A DNA stretch of 64,000 nucleotides, from the NCBI GenBank assembly GCA_964016885.1, contig OZ024743.1, forward strand, positions 251,162,001 through 251,226,000, in the 5' to 3' direction. Shown here piece by piece: positions 52,595 to 64,000 of this stretch. Position 1 is the first letter of the stretch. The number at the start of each line of letters is the position of its first letter. The translations under genes were made by a program, and so were the position numbers. The notes under the pieces are model-generated. The model was not told the origin of the DNA. It saw nothing but the letters and a program-made list of their open reading frames with translations, and searched no databases. The stretch comes from Eledone cirrhosa (lineage: Eukaryota).

Positions 52595-54758
52595 TATATA
52601 TATATATACTTACTCAATGAGATACAGTTTGAATGTGTGTCAAGCAAAACATGTCTCTGAGTGCTAAGAAAGTGTATATTCGTAATGTGGCATTTGGACT
52701 TGTATGACTGGACCCAGAGTTTCTGCTAATGCAGTAAGCTTTGGTAAGTGCAATTTGCAACTTGCTGTATAATGTGGGGGCATGATGCAAGCTGTATTCT
52801 GCATTATCTTCATCAGCAGACCTAGTTACTATGGAGAAAGATTGAAGCCGAAGTAGTTCTAGTTCTGTAGAAGTTATTTCTATTAAAATAAATATGGATT
52901 TTCTCTGCTAATGTATATCATCATCATTGTATTGTTTTCCTGTTCTTTTTCTTTGTCGAAATATGAAGTTTCTTAACCCTTTTGTGACCATATTACTAAT
53001 TAAATACAGTCTATTTCAATTAATGAAGAATTTTGAGGGATTTGCTAACATTTTTATTTCAATATTATAATAGTAATTTAACATATGGTTCTTATATATA
53101 ATTTTGTGGGGAAATTTTAACTTAAATATGGTACAAGGGGGAAAAATGTAGTTCACCTACCTTGCAGGACATCAATACTATATATCCATGGTCCTTAATC
53201 ACCTAGTCCAAATTTGCACTGCTGCTAGATAATATCCCCATGTGTCCCCTATGCATGGAGCAAAAAATGCAACCTCCTTTCCCAATGATCATTGACTAAG
53301 AGATCTAGAAAAGCCTGCAATATTGCTGCTGCTGCTTCCTGCCTCCTGTTCTGTGACATCACAGTGCCCTGCTACTTCTGACAAGGCCCTGAAACCCCAT
53401 GGCACCACTCGCTCTTACACTTTTAGCAGCTCCAAACACCTCAGTACTTGATCTCAAAGATCACCCATCACGTCACTCCATGTGCAAATCTGCCATCCAT
53501 CTAGGTGCCTGAGGCTTCCTCTGTAACTTCCACAAAGCTGGTGTGTGGCTCGCATCCTCTCTTTCTTCATTGTCATTCTACAAATCGACAATCCTGCAGA
53601 CATCCAAGACATGACACCGCATTCTATCCATGGATATGTTGTTTCAGTAATTTATGGCATTTTCTGTTTCCTTCCTCCATTGAGATATGCAACATACATT
53701 TGGGGGCTTGACCCAAACATTGTTTCTAACCTGTACAAATGTGGCCCCTCTCCCTTCCACAGGTTGCTGCGGTACCGTACACGGATGTCACCATTCATAT
53801 TGAGAGTGAAAGGAATATTGATTATATCAAACCCAGTACTTGATAGGTACTTTATTCTATTGATCTTGGAAGGATGAAAGGCAGCGATGACCTCAGTGGG
53901 ATTTGAACTCAGAATTCAGAACACAAATAGCTGGAACAAATATCGCAATGCGTTTTGTCCAACACTCTAACGATTTTGCCAATACATCCCACTAAAGCTT
54001 ATAAAAACTAATGTCAGTGCATTGAGTGAATGAGATCTGAATGTCTGAACCAAATCTATCATTATCCGTCTTCTTTCTATTTATCTACCTACCTATCTAT
54101 CTATCTATCATGGTGTATTTTTCAAATACCAAAATACTGAAATAGTTTAGTGCCACACACAGGCACAAAGCTCTACCGATTTTCTGCAGATTGATATCAT
54201 ATTCCCAAACTGATTTATCTCTGTATATATTATGTACATTCCTTTGTTCTTTTCTACCTATTAAGGTATGATGTATAGTTTATTGGTGTTGATCTGAGAA
54301 ACTTCTTCAACTGTTTCATGACCTGGTCTATTTTATGCGTCCGTCTTCTGGCACAAAAATGGTAAATCTATAGTGGTATATAAATTGTGTATATTCTAGT
54401 GGCTGAGCAATGGGAGTTCTGAAGAGGTTTCAATGAAATCTGAGTCAATGCAAAGGGAGGAAGGGTGAAGAAACTGGAGGTAAAGGAACCCACCCCCCAG
54501 TTCTTTTGGCCAATATCTTTATATTCCTTATTGTAGTTTATTATCTCTTAACAAAGATATTTACTAAGGAAAAATATGCTTTGAATTATTCTGACAATTC
54601 TATCTACTCTATATCTGCTTTGTGTATCTGGTCTGTCTGTTTGTCTATCTATATTATCTGTCTATTTTGCTGTTTATATATCAATATATATATATATATA
54701 TATATATAACCCTATTTTTGTTTCTCTTTCTTCTCCTGCTCTGTCTTTTATATATATA

Positions 54759-54803
<45 letters not shown>

Positions 54804-54912
54804 GTATGTATATATATATATGTATGTATATGTATATGTGTATATATATGTTTGTATATATATGAATATGTATATGTATGTATATATAAATATATATGTA
54901 TGCATATACACA

Positions 54913-54955
<43 letters not shown>

Positions 54956-55773
54956 TATTAAGGCTGTTATACACTGGCCTGTATGCATGTGTGTATATGT
55001 GTGTGCATATATGAGTGTTTGCATGTGTATAGTCATTTGTCTATGTACTTCTACATCTCAATGTATCCGGCCAGCTACCTATCTATACATACTAATCTAT
55101 TTACCCATCAATTTCTCTCTCTCTCACTCTAGTTTCCTTATAGATTCTACTAATTTTCTCAATTGATATCAAAACCAATATACTGTCTCTTACATTTAGC
55201 CAGAAATGTTGTTATTGCTGTTGTTGTCATTGTTTACGTTTTAGTTTATGTTCTTGTTGCTGCTCTTTTTACTTCTGTTGTTATTGCTGTTGTTATTCTT
55301 GTTTCTTCCGCATCTTATTATGATCAACTTCCATCAGATATGGACATCAACTTTGTTGAACAGAGGCCATACATCAGAATTTCATTCAGCATTTATGAGT
55401 AGTACATATCCATCATCATCATCATCATAATGATCATCCCCTTCATCATCATCCCTTACATGATCATTATCATTTTCATCACCATTTTCCTCATGACCTT
55501 CATGATCACTATCATCATCACAATTATCTTCACCACCACCATGATCTCCACTATCATCCTCATCAACATTATAACCACCACAACCACCGATACCCTTCTC
55601 CTCATCCTCACCATTACTCTTACAAATAAATAAACGTATGTTTGTTGTACAAGCTAACCTTATTCTGGCTTTGTTATCATACCTTAGGACTTCAACTTTA
55701 CACTCAGTTTTTCCATAGCATGAGATTGGCTAAATTTTCTGCCTATGATCAATCAATTGAGTGATGTTATTAT

Positions 55774-55967
55774 GGCGGTGGATTGGCAGTATCAGTAGAG
55801 GGACGGACGCCATGCTTTGATGCATAGAGTTACGGCCCTTGCCATTCTGAGTTCAAATCCCGCCGAGGTTAACTTTGCCTTTCATCCTTACGGGGTCGAT
55901 AAAATAAAGTACCAGTAATACACTGGGTAATTGCTAGCCTTGTGCCTAACGTAGAAACAGTTATTAT
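55774..55967 (+). mobile_element. SINE family B reference copy (tRNA-like head, Meta/MESC-like domain, AT-rich tail)
   Basis: TGGCAGTATCAGTAGAG (A box), GAGTTCAAATCC (B box), GCCTTTCATCCTTACGGGGTCGATAAAATAAAGTACCAG. Confidence 0.85.
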
Positions 55968-56682
55968 GTATTGATTGTAATACCCACACAATATATGTGT
56001 GTGTGTGTATATGTGTATGCATGCATATAAATATGTGTGTGTGTATATATGTATGTATATATATATATATATATGTATGTAAATGTGGTTGGTGTTAGGA
56101 AGGGCATCCAGCCATAGAAAACCTGCCAGACAGTTCTACACGAGCAAGACAACCAATCTCAAGTGGGACAATTCCCGTCTAAACCCATGCTTGCGCGGAA
56201 GATAGACGTTAAACGATAATGATAATGATGATGATGATACATGTATGTATGATAGGAAGGGCATCCAGTTGTAGAAAGCATGCCTAAAAGTGTTGGGAGG
56301 AGTCTTATGTCAAGGATATAATAGCCTCCCTAGTTCTGGCGACCAACATAAGCACCCAGTATATGCTGTAAAGTGGTTGGTGTTAGGAAGGGCATCCCAC
56401 CATAGAAAGCTTGCAAAACAAAGGGTTATGAGGATCTTTAAGTTTGTGTCAAAAGGCAACTTCTTCTATGCACTCGATAATGACTGAATGTAAATAGGAT
56501 ACAAACTTCCTCGGCCTATCTCGGATGTTTGTGGCGCTGTTTAAGTACTGACTTGGTGCATGTAGATTCATCCAACCCTTGCTAGCAGAGAAAGCGAACA
56601 TTAAATAATGGTGATGATAATGTATGCATATACATTTGTGTGTATCAATATATATATGTATGTTTGTGTGTGTGTGTGTGTG

Positions 56683-56713
<31 letters not shown>

Positions 56714-56734
56714 CCACACACACACACCCACACA

Positions 56735-57025
56735 CAGTGGAAACTTGGTTCCCGAAAAAAATTTTTAATCCTAAAATGTCTCAGGTCACGAACGCTGTTT
56801 TGAGTAATGAGCATGCAAGCCAACAGCAACGGTTTGTTAACAACCTTGCAGTATTGACAGGAAAGCATTAGTTGCTGTGTAGTTAGTTACTATGGTGATA
56901 TCTATCTTTCTTTCACACACAGTGTCTCTCAACATTTCGTATGGGAAATACAGTTTTGGTTTACAAACTTTTCAGGTGACGAGCTGCCTTCAGAAATGAA
57001 TTAAGTTCAGAAATCAAGGTTCCAC

Positions 57026-57027
<2 letters not shown>
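56735..57027. mobile_element. pogo/Tigger-like MITE
   Basis: TIRs CAGTGGAAACTTGGTTCCCGAA and TTCAGAAATCAAGGTTCCACTG. Confidence 0.7.
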
Positions 57028-57056
<29 letters not shown>

Positions 57057-57554
57057 CAAATGATACATATTATATATAAATATAGTAATATACTAAAATA
57101 TATGATACTTATTTACACATAGTATATATTATATTATTTATTATATATAAATTAACGATTTATTTATTATATATTATTTACAATTTGCATGTAGACAGTT
57201 CTCTCTGGAAATAGGGTTGGGGTGCTGAGGATATTGTGTGGCCATAAGGGAGGCAGCGGCCCAAAAGGTTTGAGAACCTGTGTTCTAACTCATGCTACTG
57301 TGGAGTAGCAGATATAAAATTATAATATCAATGTTACACATGAAAAAAACAGCACGTAGGTCAAATGAAGAAAATCGTCTAAATTCCTCACCACCCACGA
57401 ACTGGATAATGCAATTTCATGCACAAAGGGTGGGGTACGATTATATAAAGGTTTAGGCCTAATGGTTAGGGAGTTGGGTGCCCAATTGTATGGTCATGAC
57501 TTTGATCCTTGCAGCAAAGGCACTATCATCATTACTGTTACACCCGCTAGTCAT

Positions 57555-57661
57555 GCCACCAAACTCAACAAAAACAACATCAACACAATAATAACCCACC
57601 ACAACCATTATAACCACTACCATCACCATCACAAACAACAATACTATTACTACTATTTCTT

Positions 57662-57713
<52 letters not shown>

Positions 57714-57907
57714 AAACACCACCACAACTACTGCTACCACTGCTACTACTACTACTACTACTTCTACCACCATCACAACCACCACCACTGCTACCACTAC
57801 TACTACCACCACCGCCACTACTACTACTACTGCTAACACCACCACTACTACTACTGCTATTACCACCACTACTACTACTGCTATTACCACCTCCACTACT
57901 ACCACCC

Positions 57908-57959
<52 letters not shown>

Positions 57960-57970
57960 CGCTGCTACAA
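57555..57970. repeat. (CTA/CCA)n microsatellite
   Basis: Direct inspection. Confidence 0.9.
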
Positions 57971-58271
57971 GAACAATTAGTTTATAATTGTGTGTGATGT
58001 GCAATGTAGTGTGAAGTAAGAAGAGCAATGTGGTGTGGTGGGGGTGTGGGAGTAATTGTGAAAATTCCATGTGGAATTAATGGAGTAATTAATAACAAAA
58101 GGTATGTTTAATGCAATTATTGGACAAACACTGGATTTATATAGTAGTGGGAGGTGGCTGTGGTGATGGTGGGTAGCAGTGATGATGGTGTTGGGGTTAG
58201 TGGTGGTGCTATTGTTGAGGAATTAAAGCCTCTTAATAAAATGATCCGAATAATTATTGCTGCCCTTGTCT

Positions 58272-58344
<73 letters not shown>

Positions 58345-58526
58345 TTGTGTGTTCGTGTTTGTGGTGGTGGGGGTTGTGTATGAACATTTATGTATGTGTT
58401 CTAATATCTGTGAATGTTTGTTAATGTATGTGTGTGTTGATGTATATAATTTATCAACACATCAAATGTGCATGAATTTACATGTACATGTGAGTGTGTC
58501 AATATATATATATATATATATATATA

Positions 58527-59564
58527 TATCAACTAGAAATTGATTGACATATATATATATTTAAAATAAACACATGAAACAATCACAGGGGGTAATTTGT
58601 AAAGTGTGTAATCACACATAACTAGGTAGGTAACTAATTAAAGTTTAACTAGAGCTTCAAATATTACCTTTTAAAAAATGATTAATCTTCCTTGTATATA
58701 TTTCATTAAAGAAATATATTTCACCATTAATCCGTAAACTCACAGTAGTCAAATCCTGGATCTTCAGCAAGGGATAGTTAAATCTTTTCCCTTGCTGAAG
58801 ATCCAGGATTTGACTACTGTGAGTTTACGGATTAATGGTGAAATATATTTCTTTAATGAAATATATACAAGGAAGATTAATCCTATTTGAAGTTATAGTT
58901 AAACTTTAATTAGTTACCTACCTAGCTGTGTGTGCTTACACGCTTTACAAATTGTATATATATATAAATTGAAATTATTGTGTAAAGTGCTCAGGTGCAC
59001 TACAACTCGTCAAAGGTGCATGTATAGTACATAGAATAATATACAAATGTCAGGGAAGTGAACAGTGCATGAGTCATGATATACATGTGTGCATGTGTGT
59101 GGAGAGGGAACATTAGGTGTAGTGTTGGCGAATCTTGGGAAGCATGGAGGTTTTAAAGGATGCAGAGTCTCGACAGCTAACAACTGACGCAGGCAGTTTG
59201 TTCTATGCTTCAGCAACTCTGAGCGTGAAAAAATGTTCCCGAAAGTCATGGGAACTGTGCTATTTTCTGACTTTGTGGACATGTCCACGTGTGTTAGACA
59301 CATGGAAATCAAAAGGTACTCAGGGTTGTTGTTGGCAAGATGGTCAACAATTTTGTGGCCGTTTACCAAGTCAGTTGCCAGACATCGGAGCTTCAATGTA
59401 TCCATGCCCAGGGAAGGAAGGCGTTCAGAGTATGGTAGATGCCTGATGGAGGGTATTCATTTGGTTGCACGTCTCTAAACTGTTTCCAGGCAGTCAAATC
59501 TCATGTGATTGTTTCATGTGTTTATTTTAGATATATATATGTCAATCAATTTCTAGTTGATATA
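58527..59564. repeat. Long foldback with a perfect 95 bp inner palindrome; right arm interrupted by a CR1 fragment
   Basis: 58680-58774 is the exact reverse complement of 58788-58882. Imperfect pairing continues at 58595-58662/58884-58952 and 58527-58587/59505-59564. Confidence 0.9.
58968..59490 (-). mobile_element. 5'-truncated CR1-group LINE 3' end (same family as 13168-14302)
   Basis: MDTLKLRCLATDL; 3' UTR GAGTTGTAGTGCACCTGAGCACT. A shorter copy lies at ~61400-61530. Confidence 0.88.
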
Positions 59565-59665
59565 AAATGCTCGGATCTATTCATTGGAATCTTTGAGCTT
59601 ATTCTACTGTGGATATGGCGCATGTCTTGGACATGACTCCCTTAATTTAATTTTGGATATATATA

Positions 59666-59996
59666 TGGAGGCACATGGCTTAGCATTGGGCTTGCAATCG
59701 AAAGGTTGTGAGTTCAATTCTCAGACCGGGTGATGTGTTGTTTCCTTGAGCAAGACACTTTATTTCACATTGCTCCAGTTTACTCAGCTGTAGAAATGAG
59801 ATGATAGGGTCTGGGGTCCCTATCATTCCACTGCAAAGTGGTCGTGGAGGTGCCACGGCAAAAAAAGCACCCAGCACTCACTGTAAATGAGGTTGGTGTT
59901 AGGAAGGGCATCCAGCTGTAGAAATTAAGCCAGAATCAGTTCCGGTCCCACCCTTGCAAGCAGGGAGAAAGCGGACGTAAAATGAAATGAAATGAT
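59666..59996 (+). mobile_element. SINE family A, copy 5 (A-box deletion)
   Basis: Forward copy of the 6763-7108 sequence. Confidence 0.9.
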
Positions 59997-61187
59997 ATAT
60001 AAATATATATATTTATAAAAATCATTTTACATTCACTTTTCAATGCATGTTTACATTATTTTCACATCAAATATATGTATGGATATATGTAAGTGCATCT
60101 CTCTCTCTGTGTATGTGTTTGTTTAAGTATATATATGTATATATCACTGTCAAGTGGTTGTGTAGGCGAAAAGCACCAAGCACACACACTGTAAATGTGG
60201 TTGGTGTTAGGAAGGGCATCCAGCTGTAGAAACCAAGCGAATCAGTTCTGAGTGAGTGAAACACAGTCACCCAACCTGATCCTACACAAAGAGACAGCCT
60301 GTCCTACCCCTGCTAGCATGGAAGATGGATGTTAAACGACAATGATGATATATAATAGTAATGAGTATAATCGAAGTTGCAGCTGCAAGTAGCATGCTAT
60401 GCTTTTTGATGACCACCATCATCCATCCGTTCTTTATGTATCCCGCTATGTTAGAGTGGGAAATCAAATTCGAAGATGTTTCAAATACCAGCTTAATAAT
60501 GAAAAGGTTATTTTACAAAATTCATCCAAATCTTTGATTATTTTCAAGATTAATTGAAAATCATAGTGAGTGTCTTTCACTAGGGATATTGCAACAAAAG
60601 GGTTAAATATTTATATCTAAAATCCTTCCATCATAATTTTATATAAGAACCTTTGCTATGTTACAAATACCATCATGATTACTAAATTTTTTGAAATGTT
60701 TCTATTATTTTCAAAATTTATTCAAAATTCACTTCATTAGAAATAAAGTGATAAAATGGTTAAATTCCAAAAAAAGAATTTCAATGAATTACAAGAAAAA
60801 AGAAAGAAGCCCCACTTATCTTGTTTCATAAGATGGTGTTTAGTTAGGCTTCTTTATAAAATTTAATTAAAACCAAAATATTCTGCATTGCAAACATTGA
60901 AGACTGTTTATGATGTATGACATTGAGAAGATTTATATAAATAAATTGGTCAAGATCTCAATACTGAGTTAAACCAAAGGGATTAACTGACAGAATTGGT
61001 AAAAATCTGGAAAAATATAAAATATCATCTCGTGTTCTGTTAACTAAACCAGAAAAAAATCCTAGCAGAATCTTTTATAATCAACAAAAGAATTTATAGC
61101 ATAACGAATAAATGGTGAAATAGAAAATATAACTTAGCTCATTCAATCATATATAGTTAATATATATATATATACATATATGATAGT

Positions 61188-61390
61188 AATAATAATTGTT
61201 TATACATTTGGCACAAGGCCAGAAGTTACCCAGTGCATTACTGGTACTTTATTTTATCAACCCCGTAAGGCAATGTTAACCTCGGCGGGATTTGAACTCA
61301 GTCTGTAAAGGGACGTAACTATGATAGTAATAATAATTGTTTCTACTTTTGGCACAAGACCAGCAATAACCCAGTGTATTACTGGTACTT
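61188..61390 (-). mobile_element. SINE family B fragments
   Basis: GGCACAAGGCCAG..ACTGGTACTTTATTTTATC..GGATTTGAACTCAG. Confidence 0.75.
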
Positions 61391-62299
61391 GTAATGATAG
61401 TAATAATAATGAAAATTATTGTGTACAGTGCTCAGGTGCACTACAACTCATCAAAGAGGCATGCATAATACATAGAATAAGGTACAAATGTCAGGAAAGT
61501 GATCAGTGAATGAATCATGATATACACACAGACATCATGGCATGGGTTGGATGAAATGTTTTGAAACAATGTTTTGCAGCTGAATGCTCTTCCTGACACT
61601 AACACTTTTGGTTGATTTTTATATATGCAAGGACACTGTATATCTATTCTAAAAAAACATGATATATACAAGCAAATGAGCCTGTCTGCCTTTTCATTTT
61701 TTTTTCCATTGTCTTTGTCCTGTGCATCTCCTATTTTGAATTTATATATATATCATCATCCCTGTTTAATGTCTATTTTCTATGCTAGCATGGGGTAGAA
61801 GGGTTGTCCCATTTGAGGCAAGTTGGTTCAAATGAATGTCTTGCTCATACAGAACTGTTTCTGGCTTGGTTTCTATGACTAGACGCCCTTCCTAACACTA
61901 ACTACATTTACTGTTTGTGATGGGTGCTTTTGTGCTGGCACTAAAATGACCACTTTACAGTGTGGACTGGGAACTGGGGCAGAGGTGTAAAGGCATGCAA
62001 GCAGGTGGTGGGATCAGGATGTGGGGGAGGATAGCTGTTAAGTGTTGCATATTAGTTATATGCATATATGAAGTGAACTTCTTAACTTCAAAGTCATGTC
62101 TTTATATATATATATATATATGCAAAAGTTCTATTTAAAATTGTTGGGATACAAGTAAATATTTTTATAACTGATATAAAGCACTCGACAAGTATTTGGA
62201 GTAGATATACGATATTATACTATCCAGATGGCTTCCAAAAATAATGGTTGCATTTTAAAAGGGTACGTCAAAGCTTATTTGTAAAACTGTTATATATTG

Positions 62300-62364
62300 T
62301 ATTTTGTCTGATGAAGGCATACCATAATTTAATTTGGTATCCCTGAAATATGTATAATGAAATA
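62300..62364 (+). ncRNA. Type-I hammerhead ribozyme (Penelope-type, palindromic stem III)
   Basis: UAUUUUGU-CUGAUGA-AGG(C)AUACCA-loop-UGGUAU(C)CCU-GAAA-UAUGUA-UA^-AUGAAAUA. Stems I and II pair by eye. Confidence 0.7.
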
Positions 62365-62429
62365 AATATGGTTTTATAAATATAGTTTCCATTTATTAAT
62401 ATCGTATATATATATATATATATATATAT

Positions 62430-62497
62430 TTGTGGCCTAGCGGTAGGTACTAGAGATGGTGGAGATCCTGGCCTTGAGTTCAATCCTGGTCAGGAGG
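62430..62497 (+). promoter_or_regulatory. tRNA-like Pol III internal promoter (A and B boxes)
   Basis: TGGCCTAGCGG ... GAGTTCAATCC. No full cloverleaf. Confidence 0.55.
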
Positions 62498-62616
62498 TAC
62501 ATGTAATATGAATGTATGTATAGTATACTTGGCAATATACCGTACGTTTAATTAAAAACAATTAGAAGACCATACACTATCAGTTTTAAAGTAGTGACTA
62601 TGTCACTTACTTCTTT

Positions 62617-62700
62617 TCGGCAAAAGAAGGGAGAGAAGCTGACAGTCTGTTTCACGCTGGTTGGTGTTCATCAGAGCCACTCACTCCCTGCTTCCGCCGA
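62617..62700 (-). ncRNA. Type-I hammerhead ribozyme, copy 1
   Basis: UCGGCGGAAG-CA-GGGAG-UGAGU-GGCU-CUGAUGA-ACAC-CAACCA-GCGU-GAAA-CAGACUG-UC^-AGCU-UCU-CUCCC-UU-CUUUUGCCGA. Intact core, GUC site, long stem I. Confidence 0.85.
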
Positions 62701-62927
62701 AAATTATAGAAGCTTGATTCTTATAGAATTCCAGTAATAATCAGGAGATGATTATACAGAGCGATTGCCGGTCCAGCAAAAATTAGGTATTAGGATTGGT
62801 GCTCTGAAATAACGATGTATACATGAATGTATGTATAGTATATTTGGCAATATACCGTATGTTTAATTAAAAACATTTAGAAGACCATATGCTATCGGTT
62901 TTAAAGTAGTGACTATGTCGCTTCTTT

Positions 62928-63011
62928 TCGCTGAAAGAAGGGAAAGAAGCTGACAGTCTGTTTCATGCTGGTTGGCGATCATCAGGTCACGCACTCCCCT
63001 GCTTCTGCCAA
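62928..63011 (-). ncRNA. Type-I hammerhead ribozyme, copy 2 (more mutated)
   Basis: CUGAUGA-UCGC-CAACCA-GCAU-GAAA-CAGACUG-UC^AGC. The core is intact; stems I and II are weakened. Confidence 0.75.
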
Positions 63012-63030
63012 AAATTATAGAAGCTGGATT

Positions 63031-63066
<36 letters not shown>

Positions 63067-63071
63067 CCTTA

Positions 63072-63111
<40 letters not shown>

Positions 63112-63829
63112 TGTAAAGGATTTTGTGTCCTAATACTTTTTGTAAGTATAGATTACTAAGCTGATTAATGGTATTACTGGTATCATCTCATCCACATAGA
63201 CAAACACACACACATACATACATATACATATATAAAAGTAGAGGAAGAATATGGAGTTGTTTTATATTTCATATGCTTGTGCAAAATTCTGTGTTATTAT
63301 CTGTGCAAGTTTATGTGTATGTGTGTGTTTCTGTATATATATGTACTTGTGTATCCCTGTGTATGTAAATGACTGAAAGACTGCAAAGTAAAAATGTATA
63401 TAAATGAAGAAATGTTGTAGGAAATATGAAAATATGTTAAATAATTGATAAAGTTACCTCCCCCTGACCTCTCCACCATAACTAACATTGCTCTACCAAA
63501 CATGGTTCATCAAGAATATATTGGAATGTGGAGACAATTTCATTGAAGTACCTTTTGAATATTCTGTTTTCTCTTTCAAGTATAGCAAAGAATGTTGTGA
63601 CTGGGCTCTCATCTCAGCAACCCTTAGACTACTTAAAATGAGATGAAAAAAGAATATATTAAAAGTAAAATATGAATAAAAAGGAAGCTAATAAATAAAA
63701 CATTGAAAATATGCAAATATATATTTAGAAAATGTCTCAAAAATATGAGAAAATATTGGGAAAATATGACAATGGTAATTATGATGATGCTAGTAATGAT
63801 AATGGTGATGATAATGATGATTTTTATAA

Positions 63830-64000
63830 TGTTTTCCAATTTAGGCAAAAGGCCAGCAAGTTTTGGTGAGGGCATAGTGTATTATATTGGTTCAATAATA
63901 ATAATAATAATTGTTTCTACTTTAGGCACAAGGCCAGCAATTACCCAGTGCATTACTGGTACTTTATTTTATCGACCCCGTAAGGATGAAGGCAAAGTCA
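63830..64000 (-). mobile_element. SINE family B copies running off the right edge
   Basis: GGCACAAGGCCAGCAATTACCCAGTGCATTACTGGTACTTTATTTTATCGACCCCGTAAGGATGAAGGCAAAG. Confidence 0.8.

Larger units (their letters stand above)
62508..63034 (-). mobile_element. Retrozyme-like element: two ~215 bp direct repeats (62508-62725, 62822-63034) around a ~97 bp structured spacer
   Basis: The repeats are clearly homologous by eye and each carries an HHR. The element is bounded by (TA)n. Confidence 0.75.

Overview
Eukaryotic, AT-rich, extremely repeat-dense DNA that is intronic or intergenic. The SINE/LINE/microsatellite repertoire suggests an octopod cephalopod (inference). No intact host gene is supportable, and almost all listed ORFs are microsatellite read-through. 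The window holds large minisatellites (1-5.3 kb, 15-16.7 kb, 25.2-27.8 kb) and a near full-length but disrupted RTE LINE (35.1-38.6 kb) with an embedded PHD-type finger. It also holds other RTE, CR1 and R4/Dong-like fragments, two tRNA-derived SINE families, piggyBac- and Tc1/mariner-type MITEs, a non-autonomous Helitron, long foldbacks and one candidate Thr-rich exon. The most notable signal is a hammerhead ribozyme (HHR) cluster at 62.1-63.05 kb. There, a retrozyme-like direct repeat carries two minus-strand type-I HHRs with cleavage sites 311 nt apart, behind a tRNA-like Pol III head, next to an unrelated plus-strand HHR element. Both elements sit in (TA)n tracts. All folds were paired by eye and none was computed.
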